A DNA stretch of 63,196 nt, the filler included, from Asterionella formosa (lineage: Eukaryota): the NCBI GenBank assembly GCA_002256025.1. It is 18 parts of 18 records of this genome, joined end to end, with 100 filler letters (N's around TTAATTAATTAA, not from the genome) between each part and the next. Parts side by side here need not be neighbours in the genome. Positions count along the whole stretch, not along the records: positions 5,913 to 35,648 come from NKIB01000971.1; positions 35,749 to 37,618 come from NKIB01000972.1; 16 more parts are not named here. One strand, given 5' to 3'. The translations under genes and the position numbers were made by a program. The notes beneath the pieces were generated by a model. It did no database searches and was not told where the DNA came from. It saw nothing but the letters and a program-made list of their open reading frames with translations. Below, piece by piece: positions 23,589-37,472 of the stretch (its first letter is position 1; each line of letters begins with the position of its first letter).

Positions 23589-26324
23589 ATGATGCAAAAC
23601 GGAGGAACAGCGCCTAGCATGGGTGGTCCTACTTCTCCTAATACATCAGCGAGCCCCATTCCTCCACAATGGTATGAGCAGCAGAAAAGCAACGGAGGAG
23701 AAATTCGATCTGTAACGCCAGCCATGAACAATACAAGGGGCGTTGTCAGAAACCCTCAAGCTCCTTATCCTTCCCGCATTCCATCGCCAGCACCAAACTC
23801 CTCTGTCACTGGAAATCAGAACACTACCGGAGCGGGGCCAAATACCAATAGGGCTACAACACCGAATCGATACTATGGTGCTTACAATGTTCAAGACAAG
23901 GCTCCCAATCAAGTGTCGTCCACGGGATTGATTCGACTGACATTGCGCAAGCCTATGGGCATTGTGTTTGAACCCATGTACGATCCGAACCAGGCTTCTG
24001 TCCAGCGCGGAGTTAGAATCTGTGATTTGCCGCGGACTGGAGCGGCAGCTTTGTCACGGAAACTTGAGGTTGGCGATGAGCTTTTGTCGATCAATGACAA
24101 AACCATGTCAAGATTAACCTTTGATGAAATCATGGACTTTATCATTGAGGCAGATCCCGAGCAAGTCAATCTGTTGTTTCGACGTCCGCGCAAAGAGGCT
24201 TTTGCAGCACGAACTAAGCCACCAATTGTCAACAGCACAGCTGCTGCTGGTGTAAAGTGGGTGGACGATGCCGAACGAAAGAAAGGCAACGATGACAAGG
24301 ATGGAAAAAAAAACACCAAGAGCCGACCAAAACGAGCGAGCAGACGAGACGACGAAACTGTAGATAGTGAATTCGATCCAGATAGGAAGTCCCATGCAAA
24401 GGGACGTGGGAAAGCCGGCCTATATGAGAACGAGTCGTTTCTGGATTTGTTGATTGACACAATTTGCGCGAACCCTGATTCGGTTTGCAGGTCAAAGCGA
24501 GGCGATGACGACTATTATAGCGATGAAGACGATGATCGGACACAGAATTCACAAGATGATTCGACATATGTGACGTATGAAAGTGAAAAGACGGAGGAAA
24601 TTCCACCCGTGAAAGGCAAGAAGCGTCGTGACGAATACTCAGAGGCAGAAACTGAAGACGAGACGTTTACATCAGAAGACGAAAAAAAGAGAAAAAAGCT
24701 GAACAAGAAAAACACACGGTCGTCCCCAATCAAAGAGAATAAACCCAAATCAGAAAAGAAGGTTGAGAAAGTTGGGTCGCCCAAGAAGTACTACGAAGAA
24801 GACGCAACACTTGAAACTATTGAGACTAAGGATCGACCAATGCCATTGCCTATTCCTCCCGCTCCGGCCTTACTGGGGCTTGCTGCAAAGCCTGATCTTC
24901 GAGAGGAACCCGAATCCGCGGCACCTTTTACTGAAGACGAAAGCAAACCCGCACCAATTTCTACACTTGAGTACGACGACTTCGATCACGGCGCAGATGT
25001 TTCTGTCATGGAATCATTGGGGGGGCCGTCGCTCCTGATTGAGAAGCAACGCCAAGCTGCTAAGAGCAAGGCGGCAGAACATGTTGTTCCTTCTGACATC
25101 GTCAACACTTTTGCTCAGGACTACCCCGCAGAATTCGGATTGTCTCGTGAACAAACCATCCAAAAGGACCCTCTTCGATTCTACACATATGTGGTGAAGC
25201 TGTTGTTGGAAGCGCACGAACCCGAGAAAGTCCGATTATTGGACAAGCTTCTTGCAAAATACAAAGGCCGTGAAGATCACCTGGTTCAAAAATTGAGTGT
25301 CCGTTACAACCGATCCGATGAAGCAGAAATTGCGCCGACAATTCCCGACGAACAGGTAGAAAAAGGTTTCACCACATTTGCTGGAGCTGTCAATACAAAC
25401 AAGGAAAGTGCCGCTGCAGCTGCAACTGTGGCGCTAGCTAAGGAGCGATCACCAGATTTTGGAGCTTGGGGTGATTGCGGAACCAAAGAGGATCAAGGGG
25501 AAGAAGAAGAAGACGACGACTCTGCTTCTGGTAGTGGTTCCGATTTTTCTGGAGAATCAATTGATGGAACATCTCCGGCAGTGATTGCTCAAGTTTCCGA
25601 GTTATTGAATTACGTTTACGGCAAAACTTCTGTTCCGGGACAAATCGACCGCGTATCTACCATTATGCGAGCATATGAAGGGCGGGAAGCTGTCCTGCTG
25701 GAGCTGTTGGAGACCAAGGCCTTGATAAAAGCTAACAGTGAGAAGGAAAATGCCATTAACCTCCCATCGTTTCTGCGGAATTCGCCAGCGCTGCAACATG
25801 ATATCGACGGTGACGAGAACCCCGTGCATGAGGAGGCCATTGAGCAATCAGTGTCGCCGCTATCTTCGCCTCGTATGCAAAACCAACAGCAAACAGCTGG
25901 AGGGAATATCATGAATGATGACATTTCGTCGATGAGTGGTGTTTCGTCCCCAGCGCCGGAAAAGAAAATTGCAAAGGTAAGCATTTGAAAAATGTCAATT
26001 CCGTTATGAAGATTACCTTGACCAATCTTACAATTCTCACCAACCCTCATTACTGCCCAGGAGGAAGTACAGAACTCATCAGAGAAACCTACAATTTCGG
26101 AGAATACGGCGGCGAACTCCAAGGTAGAGAGCAGAACTGGGTCAGAGAAGCCCAAATCATCTAAACAGGTGGCAAGTGCAACAAATGAATCGGCGCTCAA
26201 GTCACCGGTTCCAGATTTGAAGACCAAGAAAAAGGGCTTATTCGGTGGCTTGTTTGGAAAGAAGAACAAAAAGGGAGGCAGGAAAGGTGCAAGGGAGGAC
26301 ATATCGGCAGCTGGCTCTATCTAG
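23589..26324 (+). CDS. PDZ-domain protein; exons 23589-25976 and 26061-26324
   Basis: PDZ motif (LRKPMGIVF...GAAA...LEVGDELLSIND) and two K/R..D.LL..Y.GRE..L repeats. A phase-0 intron GTAAGC...CCCAG (25977-26060) restores the frame to TAG at 26322. Confidence 0.85.
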
Positions 26325-26847
26325 AGCATTACGGTATTGGTGGTGGTATCGAGTACTTTCATATATCTGTTCTCTAGTTAATTTTATATTATTTTAAAGT
26401 GGATGCCATCATTTTTCTGCAGAGCTTTTAATATTTTTAAAGGGCATTCACATACCGTTGCTATGTACATAAAAGGAATTCGCAATAACTATGCTCACTT
26501 CTGTTAGTCATGGTGCCGTCAACTGGAGTACCGGCAGACAAGAGGTAGTTGATAGGCAGCAGTAGAGATACGTTGGAAAAGGCTGGCGAAGGCCCCACTT
26601 CTACTCCTAGAAGAGTTTCATGTAGACTACGTGCTACTGCTGCAACTAGTGAGCCCTAGGAGCTATTAGAGCTTGCTCCTAGAAATTTCTTATGTACCGG
26701 TAGAGAGAAAGGTCGAGTGTTGTATTCGAGCATGTGAGCTACTCAGCAGGTATTATCAGGTATTTGCACGAGACATACTGGTAGTACATTACAAGCTAGA
26801 CCTACCACATGTACTGCATAGCGATTAGAATATACCAGGTACCAGGG

Positions 26848-29800
26848 TGTCAAGATTTAGTACTGCGTGCATGTTAGTTCAGTCGAACTAATCAATCTTG
26901 AATAATATTCCAGCCAAAATCCCGTATTGAAATGCTGTGAGAATTTGAACAGCATCGATTGCCAAGAACTATATCAGCAAACCAAGGTAAATATTCGATT
27001 GGATAATGTTCTAAGTAATCAATATTTCAATGAAGGAAAGGTATATATGCAATGCAGATAGCATTGAATATTCACGATTGTTGTACTAAGTGAGTGGAGT
27101 TGAGTTGTCAGTTGAGAATTGTATGTCTAACAACACAATGAATATCTATATATATATATTTGGGAAGAGAACCTTAATAGTTGGTCATGTGAACAATTAC
27201 AAGATAGATCATATAAGATCAAAATATGGTGGGATTAGAACAGAAGGTTTTAATACACTGAGCTTGTCTAGAAAGAGCTAGCATTGCAGTCAGACTGCAG
27301 AAGAATTTAACGTGCTTGCAAGCGGATCAACTTCGTTTTGCAACATGACTGAAGACAAAGGTGAGACCATTCGCCTTGTGAAGCTCAATGGCGAGGACGC
27401 CAATTGGCATTAGTGGAGTGTGAAGACACTGGCACTAGCCAAGACAAGAGGATTCAAGAATGCCTACATGAAGGATACCAATCCATGCAGCGATGCTGTC
27501 TACAAAACTACAGGCAAAGACGATGTCAAGAAGATCTACGAGATGAACGATTGCGCATAACAGCTCCTGGTTATGAGTTGCACTGGGATTGCGTTCGGTT
27601 TGGTCAACCAAGGTCGCTATGTTCCTAACGCTACAAGTGACCTAATCCAACTGTCAGGACAGTTCAACAAGTGCATCTGTGAGGGGAAGATGCAAGACCC
27701 AAACAAACGGTTCATCCAACTCGAGTTGTTAAGGAATCAAATGGCGACAATTGATTCTGCCTACAAAAAGAAGGATCTCGAGATGATTGCCCACACACTT
27801 GACAAACTACCTAAGGAGCACTCAGAAGTGGTAACAATGATTGAGGCTATGCCATCCCTGTCACTAGAAGACCTTAAGGCCAAAATACGCGCGTTCTTCA
27901 AACTCAAGTTTAAGAACGAGAAGTCGGATGGCAAACTTGCTCTTGCTGCCTTTGGAACTAAGTTCAAAGGACTCTGCCGCAATTGTGGCAAGCAAGGACA
28001 CAAGGCAACCGATTGTCGAGTCAAGAACAAGGCGCACGGCGACGGAAACAGGCCTCCTCCGAAAGGCGTCAAATGTTTCAATTGCAACAAGCATGCAGGA
28101 CATATCGCTAAAGATTGCCCCAAACCCAAACGAGAACGTACAGCAACGAAAGAGACCGGCTTGTTTGTTGGCATGTGTGCGATTGACTATGAAGACATCG
28201 AAGCAAACGGTAAGGAACAAGATGTGAATGACAAGTACAACGAGAATGAGGATAAAGAGTGGACTTTCGTCAGTTTTTGCGAGGAAATTATTGATGATTG
28301 TGATGTAAAAATTAATAATAAAGAGTTTTGTGCCTCTGCTGTTGCTCCTCGATCTACTGCCCTACAGGAGAATTGGCTCGCTGATACTGGGGCAACTGCC
28401 CATATCACAATGAGTGACGTTGGTATGACAAATGTGTGCCCAGTCAGTGTCACAGTCGTTGTTGGTGATGGCTCGGAAATTGAATGCACGAAACGCGGTG
28501 ACATCAAGCTCACCGACAGAGAAAAGACTGTGACATTGTAGGATGTCCTGTACATGCCTAAGTTTCACAAGAACATCGTCATTTTGGGCGTCCTAATCCT
28601 TGACGGGGTCTACAATGACAGTTAAGAAAGGTCGTGTGGGACGTATTTCATTTAACAGAGAGACCAATGAAGTTCTCTATTATTTTAAAGGAAGTCGCGC
28701 GAGTTGTGCCGATGTCGTATCCATGGTTATTGCCCCATTGTCCCAGGGTGCCGATAGTACCAAAAACTTGTCTACAAACACCCATACAGTTATGAGAGGG
28801 GAGGAAAAAATGAAGTCACAGGACATCAACGAGGCACACAATATCTACGGGCATATTGGGGAAGCCGCACTACGTGCCACGTTCAAAGCACTGAAGATAG
28901 AACTTACTGGTACCCTCCTGTCCTGTGACGGATGCTCTAAGGCAAAGGCGAAAGTAAAGGCAGGTTCAAAAGTGTTGACTGTACAGGCTGTACTACCCGG
29001 TGAACTGATTTTCGTGGACACTTCCATTGTGAGAAGCAATTACTGGATGCTTGTGGTTGATCAATTCTCTGGAAAGTCATGGAGCTTTTTTGTTAAGAAG
29101 AAGAGTTTACTATCCAAAAAATTGTGGACGAGCTACTTATCAAGCTATTTGCAGCAAAGTATGTTATCAAGTATCTACGATGTGATAATGCAGGTGAAAA
29201 TCTCGAAATTTTTTCATTTATATGCACCAAGCATGGTATTTATATTGAATACATGGCACCAAATACACCTCAGCAGAACGGTGTTGTTGAGCGCAAGTTT
29301 GTCACCATACATGATAGAAGCTGTGCTGCTATGATCAATGCAAAGCAAAATGATGAGTTTCAAGGACTTCTTTGGGCAGAATGTGCCAACACAATGACTC
29401 AAGTGACAAATGTGGTTTCGAATTCAAGAAATATCAAGTATCCTGATTGGCTATGGTATGGGAAACAACCTACAATCTATTAGCACTTGAACCAATTTGG
29501 AAGAAATGGATATGTCACCATAAGAACTCCTGTGAATAAGCTTGACGATAAAGCAATTAAATGTGTCATGATTGGATACTCTGGAAACCACTCAGGAGAT
29601 ACCTACCGACTCTTTAACCATTTAACCAAGAAGGTGATTCAGAGCCATGATGTAAAATGGATAGCGTGGCATGGAGAAACAAAACCTACCGATGATCTGA
29701 CCATGTTCAAGACTGGGATTGATGAAATTGAGTTTGAGGAGGAACTTGACCAACCTGTTGCACCAACTCCGACTGTCATCCCAGATGATGAGACTGGATC

Positions 29801-32111
29801 ACTTTCGACTCTTAATGACTTGCAGGTCTCTGAAGCAGGGAGGAATGAAGCTCCTACTTCAAATCTGCTATTACAAGAGCTGAACAAGAGCTCAAGAAAC
29901 TTGGTCATGAAACTGCTCCAACAATGTCTACACTACGTTCTGGAAGATTGCATACTATTGTAGATGATGATCATGATCTGGATTCTAAGCCTACTTTATC
30001 CATATAGGTTCATTACATCTACAGCTCCGCACTTGCATCAGATCCAGGTGAACCCAAGACCTACAGTGCGGCACTGAAAGCAGATTACAGAGAAAAATGG
30101 ATTCCAGCAATCAAAAGTGAAATAAATGATTTTACAAAACGAAATGTCTGGTCGAAATTCCCATGATCAGAATTGCATGGACGCAAGCCACTTGGGAGTC
30201 GATGGGTCTTCAAGAAAAAGAAGGAACAAGACTTGATTACACGCTACAAGGCACATGTGGTTGTCAAGGGATATGTCCAAATCCCCGGTGTTGATTTTAC
30301 CGACTCGTTAGCACCTGTGGCTACAGATACAAGTATCAGAGTTGTCTTTGCAATCATCATGCACAAGAAGACATGGACTCTGGAGGTCATTGATGTCAAA
30401 TCATCCTTTCTTGAATGAGATTTAGAGGAAGACATCTACCTTGAATGGCCTGAAGGCGTTGTTGACTTTGGTTTTGAAGACAACAAGGTTCTCTCAGAAA
30501 ATTGAATTCTTCTAAGTAAAGCCATGTATGGAACGGTGCAGGCTGCACAACAGTGGTACAAGAAACTTGTGGAGCATCTGATTCTCATTGGAATGAAACA
30601 GAGCAAAGTGGATCCACGCATTTTCTTCTCGAAACATGATTTGAAATTGGTTCTAATTGTTTGTATCTATGTTGATGACTGCATTGTTGCAGGAGAACAA
30701 GCCGATGTTGACTGGCTTAAGGCTGAAGCCAATAAGCATTTCACCATAAAGGAACTCGGACCAATCAAGAAACATTTAGGAGTTTGGTATGACTGGGGAG
30801 AGGATGCTGATGGAAGATTTCTTGAATCTGCTATGGAGAATTTCGTTGAAGGAATGTTTGAAGATTGTAAGAATCTCTTTGGACGTTATCCCGCAATTGC
30901 ACCAACTCCCGGATTTCCAGGCACAAGTTTGTCCAAGAATGATGCCCACACTGTTCTACATAGTGAATACAGATCCATGGTTGAAAAAATCTTATACTTT
31001 GTAAAGAAGATATCTCCAATTTGTGCCAATGTATGTCGAGAATTGTCTCAGCATCTGGAGAATCCAGGAGAAGCTCATTGGAAGGCGGTTGAACATCTGT
31101 GTGCAGACAAGAAACATCGGCATATGAAGATGCGAACCCCAAAAGAAATGCGCCCAATGAATGTTGTTGACAGTGCATTTGCAATTAACCCTGATACTCG
31201 CAAAAGTACAAGTGCATGTCTCGGAACTATTGGAGCACGCTCCTTGGTGACTTGGTCATCCAAAGGACAGAACATTGTAACAACATTAAGCATGGAAGCA
31301 AGCCGAGTATGAAAGCCTAAGCGACGGTGTCATGGATACTACATTTGTTACAAATCTATTGGTTGAGGTCTACTATGTGGAACTGCCAGAAATAATTGCT
31401 GAGGATAACACTGGAGCGATTTTCCTAAGCAAAAACCAACAAGTTGGATCAAGGACAAAGCATATTGATGTCAGATATCATTTTATACATGAGAAGACTG
31501 AAGATGGATATGTTGTTGTATTCTATGTACAAACATGTGAAAACCTTGGTGACCTGCTGTCAAAGAATGTAACTCAGAAGGTGCATGAATCGCATGCATA
31601 TGATAATTGAAATGGGACAATGGATTGTTGGAACTGGAACAGGGAGGATGTCAAGATTTAGTACTACGTGCATGTTAGTTCAGTCGAACTAATCAATCTT
31701 GAATAATATTCCAGCCAAAATCCCGTATTGAAATGCTGTGAGAATTTGAACAGCATCGATTGCCAAGAACTATATCAGCAAACCAAGGTAAATATTCGAT
31801 TGGATAATTTTCTAAGTAATCAATATTTCAATGAAGGAAAGGTATATATGCAATGCAGATAGCATTGAATATTCACGATTGTTGTACTAAGTGAGTGGAG
31901 TTGAGTTGTCAGTTGAGAATTGTATGTCTAACAACACAAATAATATCTATATATATATTTGGGAAGAGAACCTTAATAGTTGGTCATGGGAGCGATTACA
32001 AGATAGATCAAATAAGCTCACAACAAGGTGGGATTAGAACAGAAGGTTTTAATACACTGAGCTTGTCTAGAAAGAGCTAGCATTGCAGTTAGACTGCAGA
32101 AGAATTTAACA
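26848..32111 (+). mobile_element. Full-length but defective Ty1/Copia retrotransposon (family A); LTRs 26848-27312 and 31649-32111; TSD CCAGGG
   Basis: Gag start at 27345, two CCHC knuckles, protease WLADTGAT, integrase LRCDNAGE and PQQNGVVER, RT YVDD, RNase H RTKHIDVRYHF, PPT AGGGAGGA. Many stops and frameshifts. Confidence 0.95.
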
Positions 32112-32171
32112 CCAGGGTACCGGTAGTTTATACTCTGTGCTCTGAGCAGTAAGCTGCCAGGTAATCCCCCA

Positions 32172-34358
32172 TGTCAAGAATATTAGCCCGAGTCACAAGG
32201 TTTGTGGACACGATTGTAATCAAATGAGTCGAATATTGCATTGCCACGTCAATCAGCTGTCTAACAAAATCAAAGATTGACGATTTCTATGGAAATGTTA
32301 AGTGGAAACTCGAGGAGAGTCTTAGAAAGACTTTGCGGGAAACAAAGATGAATGGAGATTATCAATTGAGGAAATATTGTTTGACAGGAAGGTCAATAAG
32401 TCTATCTAGCAGGAATACTAGAAGCAGAGAAGAGAGAGAAAGTAAGTGGTACTAGGTATTACTACGAGCACTTAGGAGTCTACGTGAAGAGAGACCCAGT
32501 CCATGGGAGGGAGTACGGACCTTTTCAACACGCTTTAAAGCAGAAAGGATTTGAAAGTGTACTCAAAAAGATGGGAATTGACGACGAATTGTCAGGAGTG
32601 CGGTTGCTAATGTTTGATGGTACCGATGCCAAGTGGCATGTTTGGAAAGTGAAGTTTGTAACCTTCACGATGACATTCCAGACATATTCACAAGACAGGT
32701 ATGCTATTCATTTATTTTGTATCTTTAGAATTCACACGAAATATAATTTATGTAAAAGAATAAGAGAATTCATATTGGATGCTGACAATATTGATGGTAG
32801 GGATGATTGTTGATATGCTTCATGCACCCAGTTGCCGACAACCACATCGCTTCGATTTTCTCCATCGATTCATGCCCGATAGCACTCCGAAAATTTGCAT
32901 TCGATAACACATACTAATTCGAACGGATATTGAGTTTAGCATTTCAAATTCAATATAAAATGATTCGTTCTGTACCTGTTTTGTGCTCATTAGTGTTGGT
33001 TGTTACTTGGATCACAAATCATGTTGCGATATTTCTCGAGATCCATTTCGCTCCGTTTTTCTCAATCAATTGAGGGCAGATTGCAATCAAACAGTTTGTA
33101 GTGAAGTTGTCTTTCGCAATGATTTATCCTCTAAAACATCTATCTTGAACTTGTAAAATATTTTGTTGTAACATCAACTAGTCCTGCCTTGGAAATAGCC
33201 GTATGATTGTGAACCATCACATGAAGCCACAACAAGTAATCTTGTTTAGTATAATAGTAAATATTATTTATGTGAAGTGCACAACCATAAACTGTTGCAT
33301 GAATAAAGACACCACAAATATCCTTACTATTTCACAAAGGAACAAGATGCATGTCGTAAATGAATTAGCCTCAAGGGCAGGACTAAGAACTTTGAAAATG
33401 AATTATTTGAACATCAACTAATTCAGTCTCAAGTTCAAAGTTTTTTTGAAATCTTCACATGAAACCGTTAAAAGTAAGCTTTTCTACGGGAAGAGTAGCA
33501 TTAATTCATGTGAAGTACCACATAATTAAAACTCATACATAGAACAAATTTCGAAAAGTGGCATATTTTGCTGCTTAGATGGGAATGTGGAAAGTTTTCA
33601 AGCATGACACTGTCAAGAAGCAAACACTTAAAACGAGATAATTTTTCTAATTAAAGAATATGTATTAGCCGGGAAGACTATTTACAAGGCAAGATTGTTC
33701 GTGAAGGGATATAAGCAAATCCCAGGTGTCGATTTTATTGAGGCATTTGCTTCAGTTGCAAGCAATGCGACAATTGAAACGGTACTAGCAGTGACGATGT
33801 ACAACGGCTGGCGAGCGGAGGCTATTGATGTGGAAGCAGCATTCCTAAATGCGGACGTTGACGAGGACAGTAATATTGAGCCCCCTCAAGGTTTGATTGG
33901 ATTCAATTCTGATGCACATTTTTGCAAGCTTGTAAAGGCTATGTACGAGATAGTACAAGCTCCATGATGCTGGTCCAAGACGTTTGCGAAATGTGTCACC
34001 AGTAAACCAGGTATGACAACGAGCAAGATCGACCTTATGCTATTAATGCACCGGAACAATAATGGACAAATTGAAAGTCTACTTTTTATTTATGTGGATA
34101 AAGGTATCATATGTGGGACTCCAAGTGCAGTGGAGTATATGAAAAAGGTTATCAAGGAAGATAACATTGTGGACAATATGACTAAGAATGTGAAGGAACA
34201 GATTCACACAAGATTGTCTGAACCAGTTCAGAGTGGAATGATGTTACAGCCTCTTGAGTGTGGCAATGGGGAGGATGTCAAGAATATTAGCCTGAGTCAC
34301 AAGGATTGTGGACTCAATTGTAATCGAACGAGTCGAATATTGCATTGCCACGTCAATT
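32172..34358 (+). mobile_element. Degenerate Copia (family B): 5' LTR 32172-32530, gag start, foreign insert about 32660-33670, deleted RT/RH, truncated 3' LTR from 34276
   Basis: LTR TGTCAAGAATATTAG...TTCAACA matches 40462-40867. FDGTDAKWHVWKVKF (gag); YKAR...KGYKQIPGVDF and IDVEAAFLNA (RT). Confidence 0.88.
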
Positions 34359-34951
34359 GACGACGAAAACTGAAATCGCCAATGGCACATTTTTTCTACA
34401 TTATCTATAGCTGCACAATCCAAAACAACGCTGTTGCAAGCAGATTTGACACTGTCACAATAGCTGAGCAATGAGTAAGACAACGACTATAACAATAACA
34501 TGATTAGTTGAAGCAAAATGTGTTCAAAATGTTATTTATCAACTGAGAATTGATTGATTCTACTGTGCCAATAATTTGTGTAGTCTTGGATGCAGGTATT
34601 GGCGCAAATAGATGTGTTGCTCTTTGGGAGTTCATATCAAAGTCAAATGTGTTAGTGGAAGAAAAATTTATTGAATGGAAATTGGGGACTCTTTACTTTG
34701 TTATGTGGTGAGACCAGCAGAATATTCCCATGAAGTGATGCAAGTTGGCCATAATACTGTTGTGATGGCTAGTTGGTAAGAAAATTTTATTGCTAACTCA
34801 CAGAATTATTTGTTTGATCACATAATTGTTAGATAAGTGAAGAAAATTTTGTTTTAGAACACATAAATTTTGGTTTGACCCGAATAAATTCCCAAAAAAG
34901 TAGCATAATATTTCAGAAAAGTAGCAAACTTCGGACACATTATGATGGCCC
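34359..34951 (+). mobile_element. Right end of another Harbinger-like element; paralog at about 62230-62560
   Basis: Ends ...ATTATGATGGCCC followed by TTA. The internal part is shared with the last contig. Confidence 0.5.
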
Positions 34952-35274
34952 TTACCGGACCAGCAGGTAGACCCTACCAACCAGTAACTGTGCACCAGGT
35001 ACCTGGTACCTGGTACCTGGTATCAGCGCTAGTATAGCTGGTGTGCATATATTATAGATACATTGGAGCACAACTCTATAGTTAGTAAAGAAGTTCGCGT
35101 AATGTATCAATTCATTCATTACTATGGTACTCAATCAAAGGAATCGTGCCTTCATTCACATGAAATAAATGTGGCCATCATATGCATATACCATGTTTTA
35201 GTGCGTGGTTTGGCTGGTTTTGAGAAATTACCGGTACCGGTAGGAAGTGATCTACATACCGGCATGCGAGGGTG

Positions 35275-35648
35275 TGTCAAGAATATTAGCCCGAGTCACA
35301 AGGATTGTGGACTCGATTGTAATCGAACAAGTCGAATATTGCATTGCCACATCAATCAGCTGTCTAACGAGATCAGAGATTGAAGATTTCTATGGAAATG
35401 TTAAGTGGAAACTCGAAGAGAGTCTTAGAATGACTTTGCAGGAAGGAAAGATGCATGGAAAGGAAACATTTAGATTAGCTTATAATTTAATTTGAGTTTT
35501 AGATTATCAACCGAGGAAACAGTGTGTTAATTGACAGCAAGGTCAATTAGTCTATCTAGCAGGAAGGCTAGAAGCAGAGACAAGAGAGAAAGTAAGTGGT
35601 ACTAGGTAGTACTACGATCACGTAAGAGTCTACGTGAAGAGAGACCCA
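35275..35648 (+). repeat. Copia family B LTR, cut by contig end
   Basis: Near-identical to 40462-40835. Confidence 0.92.
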
Positions 35649-35748
35649 NNNNNNNNNNNNNNNNNNNNNNNNNNNNNNNNNNNNNNNNNNNNTTAATTAA
35701 TTAANNNNNNNNNNNNNNNNNNNNNNNNNNNNNNNNNNNNNNNNNNNN

Positions 35749-37063
35749 TAGTAGTCATACTTAATATACCCAAGTCATTCACAGGTGAGAAAGGGCTTGA
35801 GCTGGGAATATCATCTGACAATGGACTTGATGATGACATGAATCTACTCTTCTTTGAGTAATACTCATCCACAATGTTTTCACGTTTTCTGGTTCTCTGA
35901 GAAGACAGACTGTCAATCTGATTTGTAATAGATTCCAGTTTTCCATCTAAAATATCAAGCTTGGTTTGGATGTTTGCAAACATTATATGTTCCAATGGGT
36001 ATCTAGCTTGTTGTTGCAGAAGACCTTTCATCCGATCACGAGTGCATGCAGCAGATTGACTCAGACCAAACAATGCATTTCCCACAATTGAATTGTTAAT
36101 CAAATCTTCTGATAAAGCCAGTTTTGCTGCTTCTACTGATGCGTCCTCGACTTTCAGCTGGCCTCTGCTTCGAATGGAGCAATCAATTGACATATCAGAA
36201 GCACGACTGAAACTTCGTTCTTCTGCAACCAATTTTCTAGCTGATGCACGGCCTGCTGATTCTTTCTTGCCATTCTCAAAGACACAATCCTTTGTTAGCA
36301 AGAGAATAGACTTGAACTCATCTCTAGCAAATGGTCCAAACAATTTGAATCCAATCCAGCCATGAAAATAATAATCCACAGGCATCCCAACATCATCATT
36401 CAATGCCACAGCAGCACCCAAGATTTCCTCATCATCATCATCCTCATCCTCATCATTAGCTGGGTCGCTATAGCTGGTTCGACCCTTCAGATATCGAAAC
36501 ATATGGTTTAATACATGGTTGTCATAGTCCTCAACATTGTTCCCGGAAGGCAAAGTCCCATCAGGGAGTAAAAATTGCGACCCAAATGCTAAGGCCTTCT
36601 TCCAATTCAGAAGGGCATGCTGAGCCATCTTCAATAGAGTTCGACCAGTAATTAAAGTGGACATATTTTTCATTCCAGTGCCTGCAAGAGATCTTGTAGT
36701 GAATTGAGAGCCAACAACATATCTGTTTTGATGGTCACGGGAATAGCAATCTTTTAAGACCAAATCAAAGGCAGAAACACGATCTGCATTTCTTTCTGGG
36801 AGGTTGGTATTCAGCTCCTCTCTACTCCAAAGGTCTTCGAACTGACCCCTTCCCCTCAGCAGAGACTCCAAATATCCAATGCTTCCTTTCACGGATGGAT
36901 CGCCATGATAAAGTAGATATATTTTATTCTGAAGATTTTTGATTGTCATTGTTGGCCCTCCTGATACCTTGTCCAGAACAGCAACAGCAACAGTTCGTTG
37001 CAACTCCTTTTGCCATGCAGAGGGAGAAAGAGAGCTCTTGGCTGGAAGGGGTGCTGGCACCAT
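35749..37063 (-). CDS. Probable Harbinger accessory ORF2, 3'-truncated
   Basis: Long ORF reading inward from the Harbinger TIR at 37460-37472. Confidence 0.55.
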
Positions 37064-37199
37064 GATCGAGGATGCTGATTGTTGGCAATCGACAGATGTT
37101 GTTATGTTCTTGTTGTTGTTGTGTACCTGGTAATATCTACTTGGATTATATATTTACGACTCTTTAATATATATATACATACTGGTGTGTAGTTGGATG

Positions 37200-37472
37200 A
37201 CAACAAGACAGCAGCATCGCTCAAATTGCGGGAAAAACTAACTAATTCCCAAATAGGAATCATAATATTTCATTTATAAAAGTAGTCTAATAGAAATATT
37301 TTACTTTTTTTATAATGGTTTTGTCATCCTACGTCACAGTAGATGGGTGGTTGACAGCATTTAGGATTTCCCAAAAACCGATAGCATCGTTTTTTCGTCA
37401 GTTGACCAAAACCAAAACCAATCCAAAAAAAAGTTTTTGGGTTTTGGTTTGGGTCAACGGTTAGCAACGGCC
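37200..37472. mobile_element. Harbinger terminus (TIR GTTAGCAACGGCC followed by TAA)
   Basis: Near-identical to about 40890-41159 (followed by TTA); inverse of TAA-GGCCGTTGCTAAC at 54285-54300. Confidence 0.88.

Noticed and set aside
32660..33670. Classifiable element inserted in Copia B
   Set aside because: I could not identify TIRs, a TSD or protein motifs.
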